This document shows positions 1-9,333 of a DNA stretch of 64,000 bases, piece by piece. Under the pieces are notes generated by a model. It had not been told where the DNA came from. It was given only the letters and a program-made list of their open reading frames with translations, and did no database searches. Numbering within the stretch: the stretch's first letter is position 1; each line of letters starts with the position of its first letter. Source of the stretch: Pelomyxa schiedti. Taxonomy: Eukaryota > Protista > Evosea. A program made the position numbers and the translations under genes. The stretch lies in assembly GCA_020536535.1 (NCBI GenBank), contig JAHLWZ010000222.1:1-64000 (forward strand), given 5' to 3'.

Positions 1-467
1 GTAAATTTCTCATGAGAGCTAATGAAGTTCATCTTTCCTGCAGCTGCCTTGTTACCAGCTGCGTGGTGGACTGCTATCATAGGCTTGCTTTTGACTGTCC
101 TGTTACCAGTCTTCGCTGCCACATCGTTACCAGCGTCGCAAACCACTGCCAACTTGTCGGGAGTGGCCCAGGTGACTGACTTGTTACCAGTCCTGGCTGT
201 TGCTCCAACAACAGTGCTTTCATTATTATCAGCTGTCCGAGAGTTACCAGCTGATCCAGCTGTCCGAGAGTTACCAGCTGGACTTATTTCAGAGCTCTGA
301 TTATCTTTATTGCTTGCCATAGCAGTCCTTGAAGCTTCAACTTCATTGTGTACTCTTGAAAGTTCCTGTTCATCGCTCTCAGTACCCCTTTGTCCACGGA
401 AGGTATGGTTTCTCCCCAGAGTAAGGTTGCCTCCCTCACCCCAACTCCAGGGCTCATCTAAAAATTT
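1..467 (-). CDS. Probable N-terminal part of Pol, reached by -1 frameshift (partial)
   Basis: The -1 frame from the slippery site reads FLDEPWSWGEGGNLTLGRNHTFRGQRG...AAGKMNFISSHEKF with no stop for about 155 codons to the window edge. No protease motif is visible yet. Confidence 0.6.
398..467 (-). promoter_or_regulatory. Programmed -1 ribosomal frameshift signal (A AAU UUU plus predicted pseudoknot)
   Basis: Minus strand reads CGA AAT TTT TAG. After an 8-nt spacer, stem CCCUGGAGU(U)GGGGU pairs with ACCUUACUCUGGGG, and loop GGGAGG can pair with downstream CCUUCC. Confidence 0.7.
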
Positions 468-1855
468 CGCTGGAAAGAGCTGCTCCCATGTGCAGCTCCC
501 CCTTCATATGGGCAATGTCTTGCGAAGTGACCTGGCTCATTACACTGGAAGCAGATGAGGGCTTGGCTATTCCGCATTCCCTTGGGTGTTGTTGTGGCAC
601 CCCTGCCTTGCGTGGGGCCCCGGCTGAATGTCTGCCTTGAGCCTCTCTGATAAAAGCCACCTCTCACAGCTCCTCGGACCACTACACCTCCTCTGCCTCT
701 CATATGTCCTCGCCTTGGCACACCCCTCTGGGAATTTACAAAGTGCACAACATCCGGCTTAACTGTGCTCTTGGCGGGGCTGTCCACCTTGGGGAATTTG
801 TCTGGTTCGCGGAGGTAATAGCAGCCCACACAATCAGCTAATTCCTTGAAGGTAGAAAATTGCGGGTGAATTACCTCTATTGTTTTGAGCCAATCATCTG
901 GGAGTAGCCGCTTGAAATTCTGTACCAACCCAAACTCTGAGGCTGTTCCTGCCGCCTCCAAGTACACTCTGCGGAATCGGCTTATCATTGTATGCCAGTC
1001 TTCATTCTGATTCATACGGAAATGATCAAGTTTCAGGGTGGCCCCCTTTGACAAGCTGGTGTCAAAGTTGTCTACGATCGCCTGCAGGATTCCCTCAACA
1101 GTTTGTTCTGTCTCTGTGCTTGTAGCCACACTTGCTGGTTCCCCTTTAAGTGTATGATACAGTGCCAGCAAAACTTGGTTCTCAGAGAATCCTTCCATGA
1201 GCTTCTGACAGTGTATCAGCCACTGGTGTACATTGATGTTCTCTGGTCCCAACGCAGGTAGTTTGAGCTTATTCTTGTTATCCTTGGATGCTAATCGGAA
1301 CTCCATTGTTGTGTGTGTGTTAGGAAGTGTAATAGAGAACATGGTTTCTTCCGCTTCTTCTTCTTCTGGCATCTCCCTGCTCTGTGTGGAAGTTACGGCT
1401 GGGTCTTGCAGTGGTTTCCTCACGCGGCTTCCACTCAGCTTCCCAGTGATGTTTGCGATCAGAGTCTTCTCCATTGCAGCTATTCTTTCATCTATCTGGT
1501 GGTTCACCAGCTGCAGTAGACCCGGTTCCTCAGCTCCTCCTTGTGCGCTTGCTGTTTTATTCCCAGCCAGTGGCTCTGCCAGCTCGTCTTGTTGTGTTGT
1601 GCTTGTTGATGTGCCCCTCTCTGTAGTGCCAATATTGTCTCTTGCAAGCGGGCTTGGGAGTGGAGTGTGACGGGCTGGAAAGAGCCAATACCCAGATTGG
1701 TTATTTGCCAATGGGGTTGGTGGTGGTGTTCTTCGCTGATGTTCTTCAGCTGTGTCACCAGACCGTGATTCAGGTCTGTCAGAAACCGCACCTCCAGATG
1801 TGAGTGGCACGTCCTCACGGGGAGTGACTGCTGCACTCGTTGTTGTAGTGGTCAT
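458..1855 (-). CDS. gag: Retrotransposon Gag (capsid-like region, RGG-rich stretch, CCHC zinc knuckle)
   Basis: 465-aa intronless ORF. Has CFQCNEPGHFARHC (Cx2Cx4Hx4C), MHR-like 'RMNQNEDWHTMISRFRRV', and 'L..TLKGEPA' typical of retrotransposon Gag. Confidence 0.85.
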   Translation of the reverse strand: MTTTTTSAAVTPREDVPLTSGGAVSDRPESRSGDTAEEHQRRTPPPTPLANNQSGYWLFPARHTPLPSPLARDNIGTTERGTSTSTTQQDELAEPLAGNKTASAQGGAEEPGLLQLVNHQIDERIAAMEKTLIANITGKLSGSRVRKPLQDPAVTSTQSREMPEEEEAEETMFSITLPNTHTTMEFRLASKDNKNKLKLPALGPENINVHQWLIHCQKLMEGFSENQVLLALYHTLKGEPASVATSTETEQTVEGILQAIVDNFDTSLSKGATLKLDHFRMNQNEDWHTMISRFRRVYLEAAGTASEFGLVQNFKRLLPDDWLKTIEVIHPQFSTFKELADCVGCYYLREPDKFPKVDSPAKSTVKPDVVHFVNSQRGVPRRGHMRGRGGVVVRGAVRGGFYQRGSRQTFSRGPTQGRGATTTPKGMRNSQALICFQCNEPGHFARHCPYEGGAAHGSSSFQRNF

Positions 1856-1873
1856 TTTGAAAGGGAAGAAGAA

Positions 1874-2143
1874 TGTATTTATTATTTTACTTGTTCTGAG
1901 GTGAGTGAAAGCAGTGTTGCTTATAAGCCCAGAGTCCCATGAATTCTGAGTATTCTGTGGACGCGATGCACAGCGTCAGGTGCCATGGAATTCCTGGAAG
2001 TTGTCCGACTTCTGTGGGTTGCTCTGTGCTGACACCGCGATTCCCTTTTTCGGGAAGTCATCACTTTCACAGGGGTGCGGGGTGCGCGGGGCGCGGGGCG
2101 CGTGGTGCGTGGGGTGCAGGGTGCAGGGCGGCTTCTGCCAACA
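1874..2143 (-). repeat. Candidate 5' LTR
   Basis: Minus strand starts TGTT at 2143 and contains TATAAG (~1921-1926). It ends at ...AACA (1892) or AATAAATACA (1874). The partner LTR would lie outside the window. Confidence 0.45.
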
Positions 2144-3389
2144 GTATATTTATTTGTTTATCGAGCTATTTTATTTAAATAAAATTAAATAAATTTAATT
2201 AATTTTATACTGTTTAATTATATTTATTTATTTTGTTTTTTTTTTATTTTATTTTATTTAGTTACTTATTCTTTTCTTTTTAGTTGTATGCAATGGACAC
2301 AGTGGTATGTTTCCGTTTGTGTTTTAAGTCTTCCTCTATCCCACTAGGGCCATCCATGCTTGTCACACTTAAATGGATGGCTCAAGCTGGAGCCTGCATG
2401 TATGTTCTGTCTTCTCTGTTTTTATTTTTCGATTTTTCACCCCAAAAACCAGGTGGTGTGGGTATCATGGAAGCATCACTGGCCTTCTGATCTCCAGCAG
2501 TTTGGCCACTAGTCTGTGGCTTCTTCTTTCTTTCTTTCTTTCTTTCTTCTTCCCAGTGTTGCACAGTGCTAGCGTTTTCGGCATTCCCGGCACAAGCGAC
2601 ACTGGTATGTGTCTCCTTTTTTTATTTTTCAGTCTCTCACCTCTATTATTATAGATGGTGCCTTGCCAGCTTCGTAGCTGAGAGCCTGTCACCAATTTAC
2701 ATCCCCTCTCCCCTTTTATCTTCACCACACTCAACAATTTTAACAGATGCCAGAAGGACTGGCATCCACCTCCACACCCGCCACCCTCTTGCCCTTGTGC
2801 ACCCCACTCTATCTCACATCTGTGCTCTGTGCCACTGCTGTGCTCCTCTACCCTCACCTCTGTGCCCTGGCCTGATGCCCATTTCGGACATCAGGCAAAA
2901 AAAAAATTTTTTTTTAAAGTTATATGAGTACCACGAGCTCCGTAAGGATTGAGGCAACCAACAGCCACGTTCTGGCATGGTGTGGTACCACACGGACCCC
3001 AGAAGGAAGAAAATAATTAAGAGATTAAAAGGAAAAAATTGTAAAATGACCGCCCCGGGGCGGTCATTTTACAATTTTTTCTTTATTGTCAAACGACCGC
3101 CCCCAAAACGATGGGGCGGTCATTTTACAATTTTCCTGTGGTTTTTCCTCTATGTAAAATGACCGCCCCTGGGCTCCAGATATGCCCCCTACAGCATTGC
3201 CGCACCCCTTTAATGTATTTCCGAGCCTTCCACTGGTATGTGGCTTCTTGTTTCTTTGTTTTCTTTTTCCCATAGCACTGGTACACTGGTATGCTTTTTT
3301 TTTTTTTACACTTAAGTGGTCAACTTGCCTGCTGCTGACATGACAACCACCGACGTACATCCTTCTCCTTTTTTGTCATTGCTGAACAG
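2144..3389 (+). other. Chain of small exons and short GT..AG introns (unknown spliced locus: lncRNA, decayed gene or orphan)
   Basis: Intron-like blocks with GT donors, pyrimidine tracts and YAG ends at 2144-2283, 2305-2347, 2400-2452, 2512-2556, 2605-2654, 2674-2746, 3236-3275, 3289-3316 and 3355-3389. Confidence 0.45.
3032..3169. repeat. 50-bp perfect palindrome plus further inverted copies of GGGGCGGTCATTTTACA
   Basis: 3032-3081 reads GAAAAAATTGTAAAATGACCGCCCC|GGGGCGGTCATTTTACAATTTTTTC. Further copies lie at 3113-3129 and 3153-3169, with a partial copy at ~3091-3103. Confidence 0.95.
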
Positions 3390-3656
3390 TTGTAGGTACC
3401 GGACTGACCAACCCCAACTCCCCTAACCCACTCTCCCGCTTTTCCGCTTTCCAACTACCACACTTTACTGTGACGGGTGCACAACCAGGCCCAAATTTCC
3501 CTTCTTCCTCTTTCACTCTCATGCGTATTTACAACGTTTACTTCTCTCCAAAATGTGGATTTAAAAAAACGTGGCACGATTTTTGGGACTGCCCAAACTT
3601 TTTCGGTGTGCACACGATCAAAAAACGAGCGTTTTTCTGGGAAAACAGTGTGCACA

Positions 3657-3838
3657 CAGTTTGCAGCACGCCAACGGCCAACAGACACACCAATGTGCTT
3701 CCCACCCCAAAAAAATCAGGCACAGCCTGGACCATTTTTTTGTTTTTGTCGATTTGGGTCCGATCGGACTTTCTACACTCTTTCACGCGCGAGATGGTTC
3801 GGTCCTGAATGCTTTGTGATGGTGTTCAGGACCGTGTG
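3657..3838 (+). repeat. Left terminal inverted repeat (182 bp)
   Basis: Reverse complement of 6924-7105. Contains palindrome GTCCGATCGGAC and hairpin CGGTCCTGAA...TTCAGGACCG. Confidence 0.95.
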
Positions 3839-3911
3839 TGTTTGAGTGCATTTTCTTATACTTAGTGTTATGGGCTTGTTTCTGCGAAAAGTGAAAGACA
3901 CCAATCGATTC

Positions 3912-6701
3912 TCAAACACCTGATCTGGGGTGGGATCCCTTTTCTCGGCGGGCTCTGTATCTGGTTTGGTAGGTTGTTTGGGAGGGCAGTGGGCTTGTTT
4001 GAGAGTGTTGTTGTTTCTTCCTTTTTTTCTGTGTGGGTGTTTCTGGCTGCTGATTGTCAGGCTGCAAAGGTGGGGAATATCCCTGAGGGTGGTGAAGGGA
4101 TTGAACTCCTACTTGTGGAGTGGGAAGTTGTTCCATGAGAGATGGAGGTGGTGTTTGGGGAATGGATTGTGGTGGAGTTGGAGGATGAGGAACAGGCAGT
4201 GGTGGAGGAATAGGCTGTTGTGGTGTTTGAGCTGGGGTTGTTGAAAGGGTTTCACCATGGAAATCTAGTGTTTCTTGTGGCACAGGAACATCTGTACTTG
4301 AAGGTGGAGGACGCTGTGCAGATGAATAAATACATTGTAGAGAGAGAGCCTGTGAGGGAACCATGAAGGATTGGGAAGAAACTGAAGAAAACATTGTTGT
4401 TGCTGGATGTGGTAACATGGTGTGATTCTGGTGGATATCAGTCTGCCATGGATCAGGAGGCTGTTGAGACATTGGTTGCAGTCCAAACTCTTGATTAACA
4501 GTGTCTGTTGACACCAGAGCATGAGGTAGATTGACAGAGATCTCCTGTCGTTTCCTTGAATTTGGGTGTGCATGAGCATCATAAAAATGCCATTGCTCAG
4601 TCCACTTCACTTGTTCAGAGAGGGTCAATTTTTCTTTACTAGCTTTCTTTTTAGCAAGTTGGAACTGTTCCAGAGAATACTGAGTTGAACTCTGGTGTAT
4701 AAGATCACACAAGGTAATGATATTACCTTTGGTTGGAGAGAAACTGTCAGAAGCAGCTGCTGTTGGTGAAGAAGAGGCATGTCGAATTGGAAGCATGTTG
4801 TTCAATAGGTTCAACATTTTTCCTTCCAATTGGATATTGCTAGATTGTGGGGCAACCTGGAGGACAGTATCTAACAAGTTGAAGGAACTCTCCACCTTCT
4901 GTGTGGAGATTGGTTGTGTGAAGCAATACTCTTTGCGGAATTTGTCTAGTGCTCCATCTGGGGTGATTTTCACAGCTTTGTTACTGACACATGTCAGCAG
5001 TTCAGCATAGAGCTGAGGCCATCTCACCAAAAATTTGTGTATCTCCTCCACAGGGGTTTGGATGATGCTGGAAAAAGCTGATTTCATCCTCTCTGATTTG
5101 GATAACTTGCCTTCATTGGTGTGAATAAGCAACTTGGCAACAGTATAGCATGAATCATCATCTCCCAATGCAACCATTACCTGTGGAAAACTTGTCCAAG
5201 GATCAAAGTATTCCTTGACAGCAGTGTCATAGGCTTTGAGGAACTTGTTACCCATCCCTTGAGCTTGGGAAGGTGTTTGAGAAGGAAGGTGTGTTGTTTT
5301 GGGAAATTGCTCATGACCACCATGTTTCTCCATATCCACTTGCATGTCTCCAAGCTTCCCTTTCCACTCTTGGATCTGGGAGATGGTTAAAAGAAGGAGT
5401 AAATGTGAAACAACAACTTTCTTTGGAAGCAAATGTGCCTTAAAAGATGCTGGCAAGTTGTGCAATCTGTCAGGTGCTTCTAGCCACTCAGTGAGTTCAA
5501 TGTGAAAGGGAGCAAATTCGTAGAGAAAAGAAAGCTGCATGCGCAGAGTCTGGTTTTTTAACCAAGCAATCATAGTGGCACAAGTATCTCTCAAAGAATG
5601 GCGACTGCTCAGGTAGTGTGAATTGATATGCTCAAAAAAAAGGAGCAACTGTGGAATTCTCTCTTCAACCCAAATAGCAGCTTTGAGAACTGTAAGCCAA
5701 CGTGTGGGTATTGGTCGTGGAATGGTTGTCTTGTCTTTCACTGGTTGGTGTCTCTCCTCACATAAACTGTAAAAATTGGTTGTTGCTTCAGTGCCATTCA
5801 GTCCCTCATTGAAAATCCAGTAAATGTGGTACAGCATTGCAACAGCATTTGCATTTGGGGAGTTACGGGGACAGGCACCTGGTGTGTGTTTCTTTTGAGA
5901 GATGTTAAACCCTTGAGTCATTCCATGAAGCAAGGCCAGATTTGCTCCATGGAGCAGACAGCCAGTTGGTTGACACAAAGTAGTGTCAAGTTTCTCTTTC
6001 ACCAAAGCTATGGTTCCCCCAATTTCTCCTTGCATGCCAGAACAGTTATCTGCAATGAAGGTAGCTGGTGGCACTGCAGAAAGACCCACCTTCTCCAATG
6101 TTTCTACCACTTGGTCAGAGAGTAATTCAGCAGAACAAGAAGTAGTAAATGTGTAACTCAGAAGCTTGTACACAGTGGTTTGTGCTTCAGTGGAATAAAA
6201 AGAAATAAAAATTGGAATGAAGCTTTGATGACGCCTCTTGGATTCATCCATCAAGAGATGATAAGTGGAGACCCCTTGTAACTCTGCAGCAAGGTGTTGT
6301 TGATCCAACTCATTCAAAGCACCAATAATCCTTGGGATGTCAGTGCGAGATGGTAAGGCTTTCACATCCACAGGTTGACCAGTGATGCAACACTGATGTT
6401 ATGGTTAAATGATTGTATAGTTCAGAAAAACATATGCATAAGCAGCAGCAAGAACTTCAGGTAGCTTTTTGGCACTAATGTAAGTGGATAACCAACGAAT
6501 GAACACAGCTTGTGTTACAGGATCTGCTGTAACAGGGCAATAATTGTTCTGTGGTTGCAAATGGAGCTCCTTACGGCAAGCTGCTTCAACAACTTCAGTA
6601 ATAGGCTTTCCTTTTGCTGTTGCCAGCTTTTTTAACTGCTCATAAACAAAATCACAAATGTAAACATGTTTAGAGCTAGCACGTGTTTTTCTAGTTGACA
6701 T
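3912..6701 (-). CDS. hAT-like DDE transposase (spliced) with P/Q-rich C-terminal tail and basic NLS
   Basis: Motifs LLMDES, IADNCSGMQG, GCLLHGANLAL (CxxH), PTRWLT and KVESSFN. Exon 1 (6701-6432) joins through a 39-nt intron (6431-6393), and there is a probable 42-nt in-frame intron near 5376-5417. Confidence 0.8.
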
Positions 6702-6923
6702 TGTCTAAACAACCAAAAAAAAAAAAGACAAATGTTAGTTAAACACCCTACCATAGCATCACACAAAACTGTTTCAAGTTTCTCTCAGACAGAGTCTTGG
6801 CTTCGCGGTACAATGTTTGTCTTAACTCGGGGTTTCCGATTAATCGGGTTTTTTTTAAGGGAAAAAGTTTTGATTATGCTTGGGGGGTCCTTGTCTATTG
6901 TGTGCTCTGCCAAATACAAAAAC

Positions 6924-7105
6924 CACACGGTCCTGAACACCATCACAAAGCATTCAGGACCGAACCATCTCGCGCGTGAAAGAGTGTAGAAAGTCCGATC
7001 GGACCCAAATCGACAAAAACAAAAAAATGGTCCAGGCTGTGCCTGATTTTTTTGGGGTGGGAAGCACATTGGTGTGTCTGTCGGCCGTTGGCGTGGTGCA
7101 AACTG
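6924..7105 (-). repeat. Right terminal inverted repeat (182 bp)
   Basis: Reverse complement of 3657-3838. Confidence 0.95.
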
Positions 7106-7464
7106 TGTGCACACCCCGCGATCGGGGGAATTTTTTTTCCCCTTCATTTGGTGTGCACACAAACGAAAAGGAAAAAAAATTAGGTTTTTGGCTGTTCTCA
7201 GCATCCAGCCCACGCTGAGTCCTGCAAACGGTTGCACCCCGTGGCCGATGGTCTTGTAGAAAACGCCTTTTTTTTCCGTCTCAGTTCCTCGTCTCTGGAC
7301 TGAGAAAACTAATAAACCCGATAAAAAGTGTGCACACTTGGGCAGTCCCAGACATTGGCATCGCGCATAGAAACAGAACGCCCCAACAGACATTTCTCAT
7401 CTGCGGAACAAAAAGAAAAAGAAAAGGGAAAAAGAAAAAGGGAAAAAAAATTAACAGTTAAGAG

Positions 7465-8105
7465 ATGGCAAAGTGGTTTTATAAAGGAGACCTCAGGTAG
7501 TACGTCTGGCCGTTTTTTTCCCCCCAATATCGTGTCACTGACAGCAAGGAGGTTTAAAGGCGATGATGGTTGGGAGCCCTACACGTACGCGGACTCGGCT
7601 AAACTGGAAGACGCCTACCAGGTGTGCTGAATGTTGTTTTTGTTTTCCTCCAGTATACTCATTTTATGGTAGGAGGACAAAACAACAGTGAAACTCAACT
7701 CTAAATATCGTGTTAATTTGCCAGAAATGTATCAATACAGGTAGAGGAGTACTTAGGTTGGCATATCTTCTAAGAACTTCCTGTAGGACAGATGACGAAA
7801 GTAGACAAAGGCCAATCAAACGGGTGGTTGAAGCCAAACCAAAGAAACCAAAGGAAAAGACAAAACGTGTATGGTCCCTCCCTGGAACTAATTATAGTCC
7901 CAAATACACACCCATCTAAACCTTCCACTTCTTCTCACCATTTTTAATACAGGTGTGTGTTGTTGTACAAAGGACGGGAACAAACGTGGATGTACTGGGA
8001 GTTTATAAAACTCTGGCAGGAGCCAAGCACAAACAGGACAAGAGTCTCGCCAAGGGGATATACGATTCCGTTGTTATTATAGAGAAGTACATGTCATCTT
8101 CCTGA
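7465..8105 (+). CDS. Small WWE-domain protein (spliced)
   Basis: MAKWFYKG...DDGWEPYTYADSAKLEDAYQ...YRVNLPEMYQ...RQRPIKR fits the WWE consensus. Confidence 0.7.
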
Positions 8106-8219
8106 CTTCAGTACTTCTTCACGCCCGGGAGTTACTTTAATCAACAACGAATTTGATGACATTTTTCTCCTCTTTTTTCGACAACACAAGTTAAAAAAAA
8201 TAAACGAAAATAAACGACG

Positions 8220-9245
8220 ATGGAGGACGCGAAGATGGTCTTGCTTGGCGACACAAGTACGCTGAGATCTACGGTTGTTTATTACGTCTCATTGTGTGTG
8301 AAGGCGTGGGGAAAACCGCACTGGCCCAGCGGTTTGTGAATGAGGCTTTCACTGGGGACTTGACAACTACAATTGGCGCTTCCTATTTTTCGAAGCAAAT
8401 GTACTCCCCAATCCAGTTTGGTGAGTCACGAACATTTCTCTTAGGTTCGTCGAGGGGATAGGTTTGAGGTTGCAGATATGGGACACGGTGAGTGGTTTAT
8501 TACTTTCATTTTGCAAGTTAGCTGACGTGTCCTTCTTTTAGGCTGGACAAGAAAGGTTAGCTTTTCAACCATTTCAGGGTCAATTCACTTAATTGGTGAC
8601 CACCTCTCTCCAAACAGATTTAGATCTCTCGTATAACCTTCCTCATTAAAACCAACACAATTAAAATCCCACAAAGGGACGCATGTATTACCGAGGGGCA
8701 AATGCAGCACTTCTTGTGTCAGTTTTCTTTTCTCGCACCTTCTTAGATCGATCTTACCATTCACAGGTATGACTGTACTGTTAAGAGTAGTTTTGCAAAA
8801 GCAAAGGAATGGGTCACAGGTTATACCCTTCTATGGTAGCTTTGTTCTAACCACCGGAACACAAGAGTTGAAAGCCAATGCACCAGAAAATATTGGTTTT
8901 TTTTTAAAACCTGTTGAATCAAATCTAACCCTGCCTTGACAACAGTTATTGCTATTGCTGGAGCCAAGTGTGATTTGTGTGCTAGTGCAACGAATCAAGA
9001 AGAAATTGCTGCACTCAAAGCTGAAGCACAGGCCTATGCAACCGAAATGAAAGCAATTTGGGGAGAAACGTCTGCCAAAATGAATATTGGTAACTACACC
9101 CATCAACTTGTGGTACCAATTGACATGTGTAGGTGTTGAGGATATTTTTAATCGAATCACCCACGAAATTGTGAACCGTGGCTCTTTTAAAGTTGATTCT
9201 GGTGCTGTACCTCTCCACACAAAGAGCTCATGGGGTTGTTGTTAG
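8220..9245 (+). CDS. Rab GTPase (Rab5/21/22-like), many micro-exons
   Basis: VLLGD.GVGKT, TIGASY, IWDTAGQERFRSL, YYRGANAA, ETSAK, and C-terminal GCC*. Confidence 0.9.
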
Positions 9246-9333
9246 TTGTGTAAAAGAAGGGTGTAAAATATTTCCCCAAAAGGAGTAGAAATTGTTGTTG
9301 TGGCCCTCAGGCTCCAAATAACCAGTTTTTTAC

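Larger units (their letters stand above)
1..2143 (-). mobile_element. 5' part of a Ty3/gypsy-like retrotransposon (candidate LTR, gag, start of frameshifted pol frame), truncated by the window edge
   Basis: Intronless gag with a CCHC knuckle, a -1 frameshift cassette at the gag end, and an open -1 frame to position 1. Composition switches sharply from GC-rich to very AT-rich at 2143/2144, where the minus strand begins TGTTGG. Confidence 0.75.
3657..7105 (-). mobile_element. hAT-superfamily-like DNA transposon with 182-bp TIRs and candidate 8-bp TSD TGTGCACA
   Basis: 3657-3838 and 6924-7105 are inverted copies with 2 visible mismatches. Ends are CAG...CTG, TGTGCACA lies directly outside both ends (3649-3656, 7106-7113), and the element encloses a DDE transposase. 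Confidence 0.85.

Noticed and set aside
286-460. Stop-codon readthrough or reinitiation at TAG-ATG after gag
   Set aside because: The 0 frame closes after about 57 codons while the -1 frame stays open.
3395-3412. TGGTCAGTCCGGTACC on the minus strand as a PBS for the retroelement
   Set aside because: It lies 1.5 kb from gag, is not preceded by a CA LTR end, and no tRNA match can be supported.
3455-3845. Paired short ORFs here and at 6732-7393
   Set aside because: They are translations of the TIRs, not genes.
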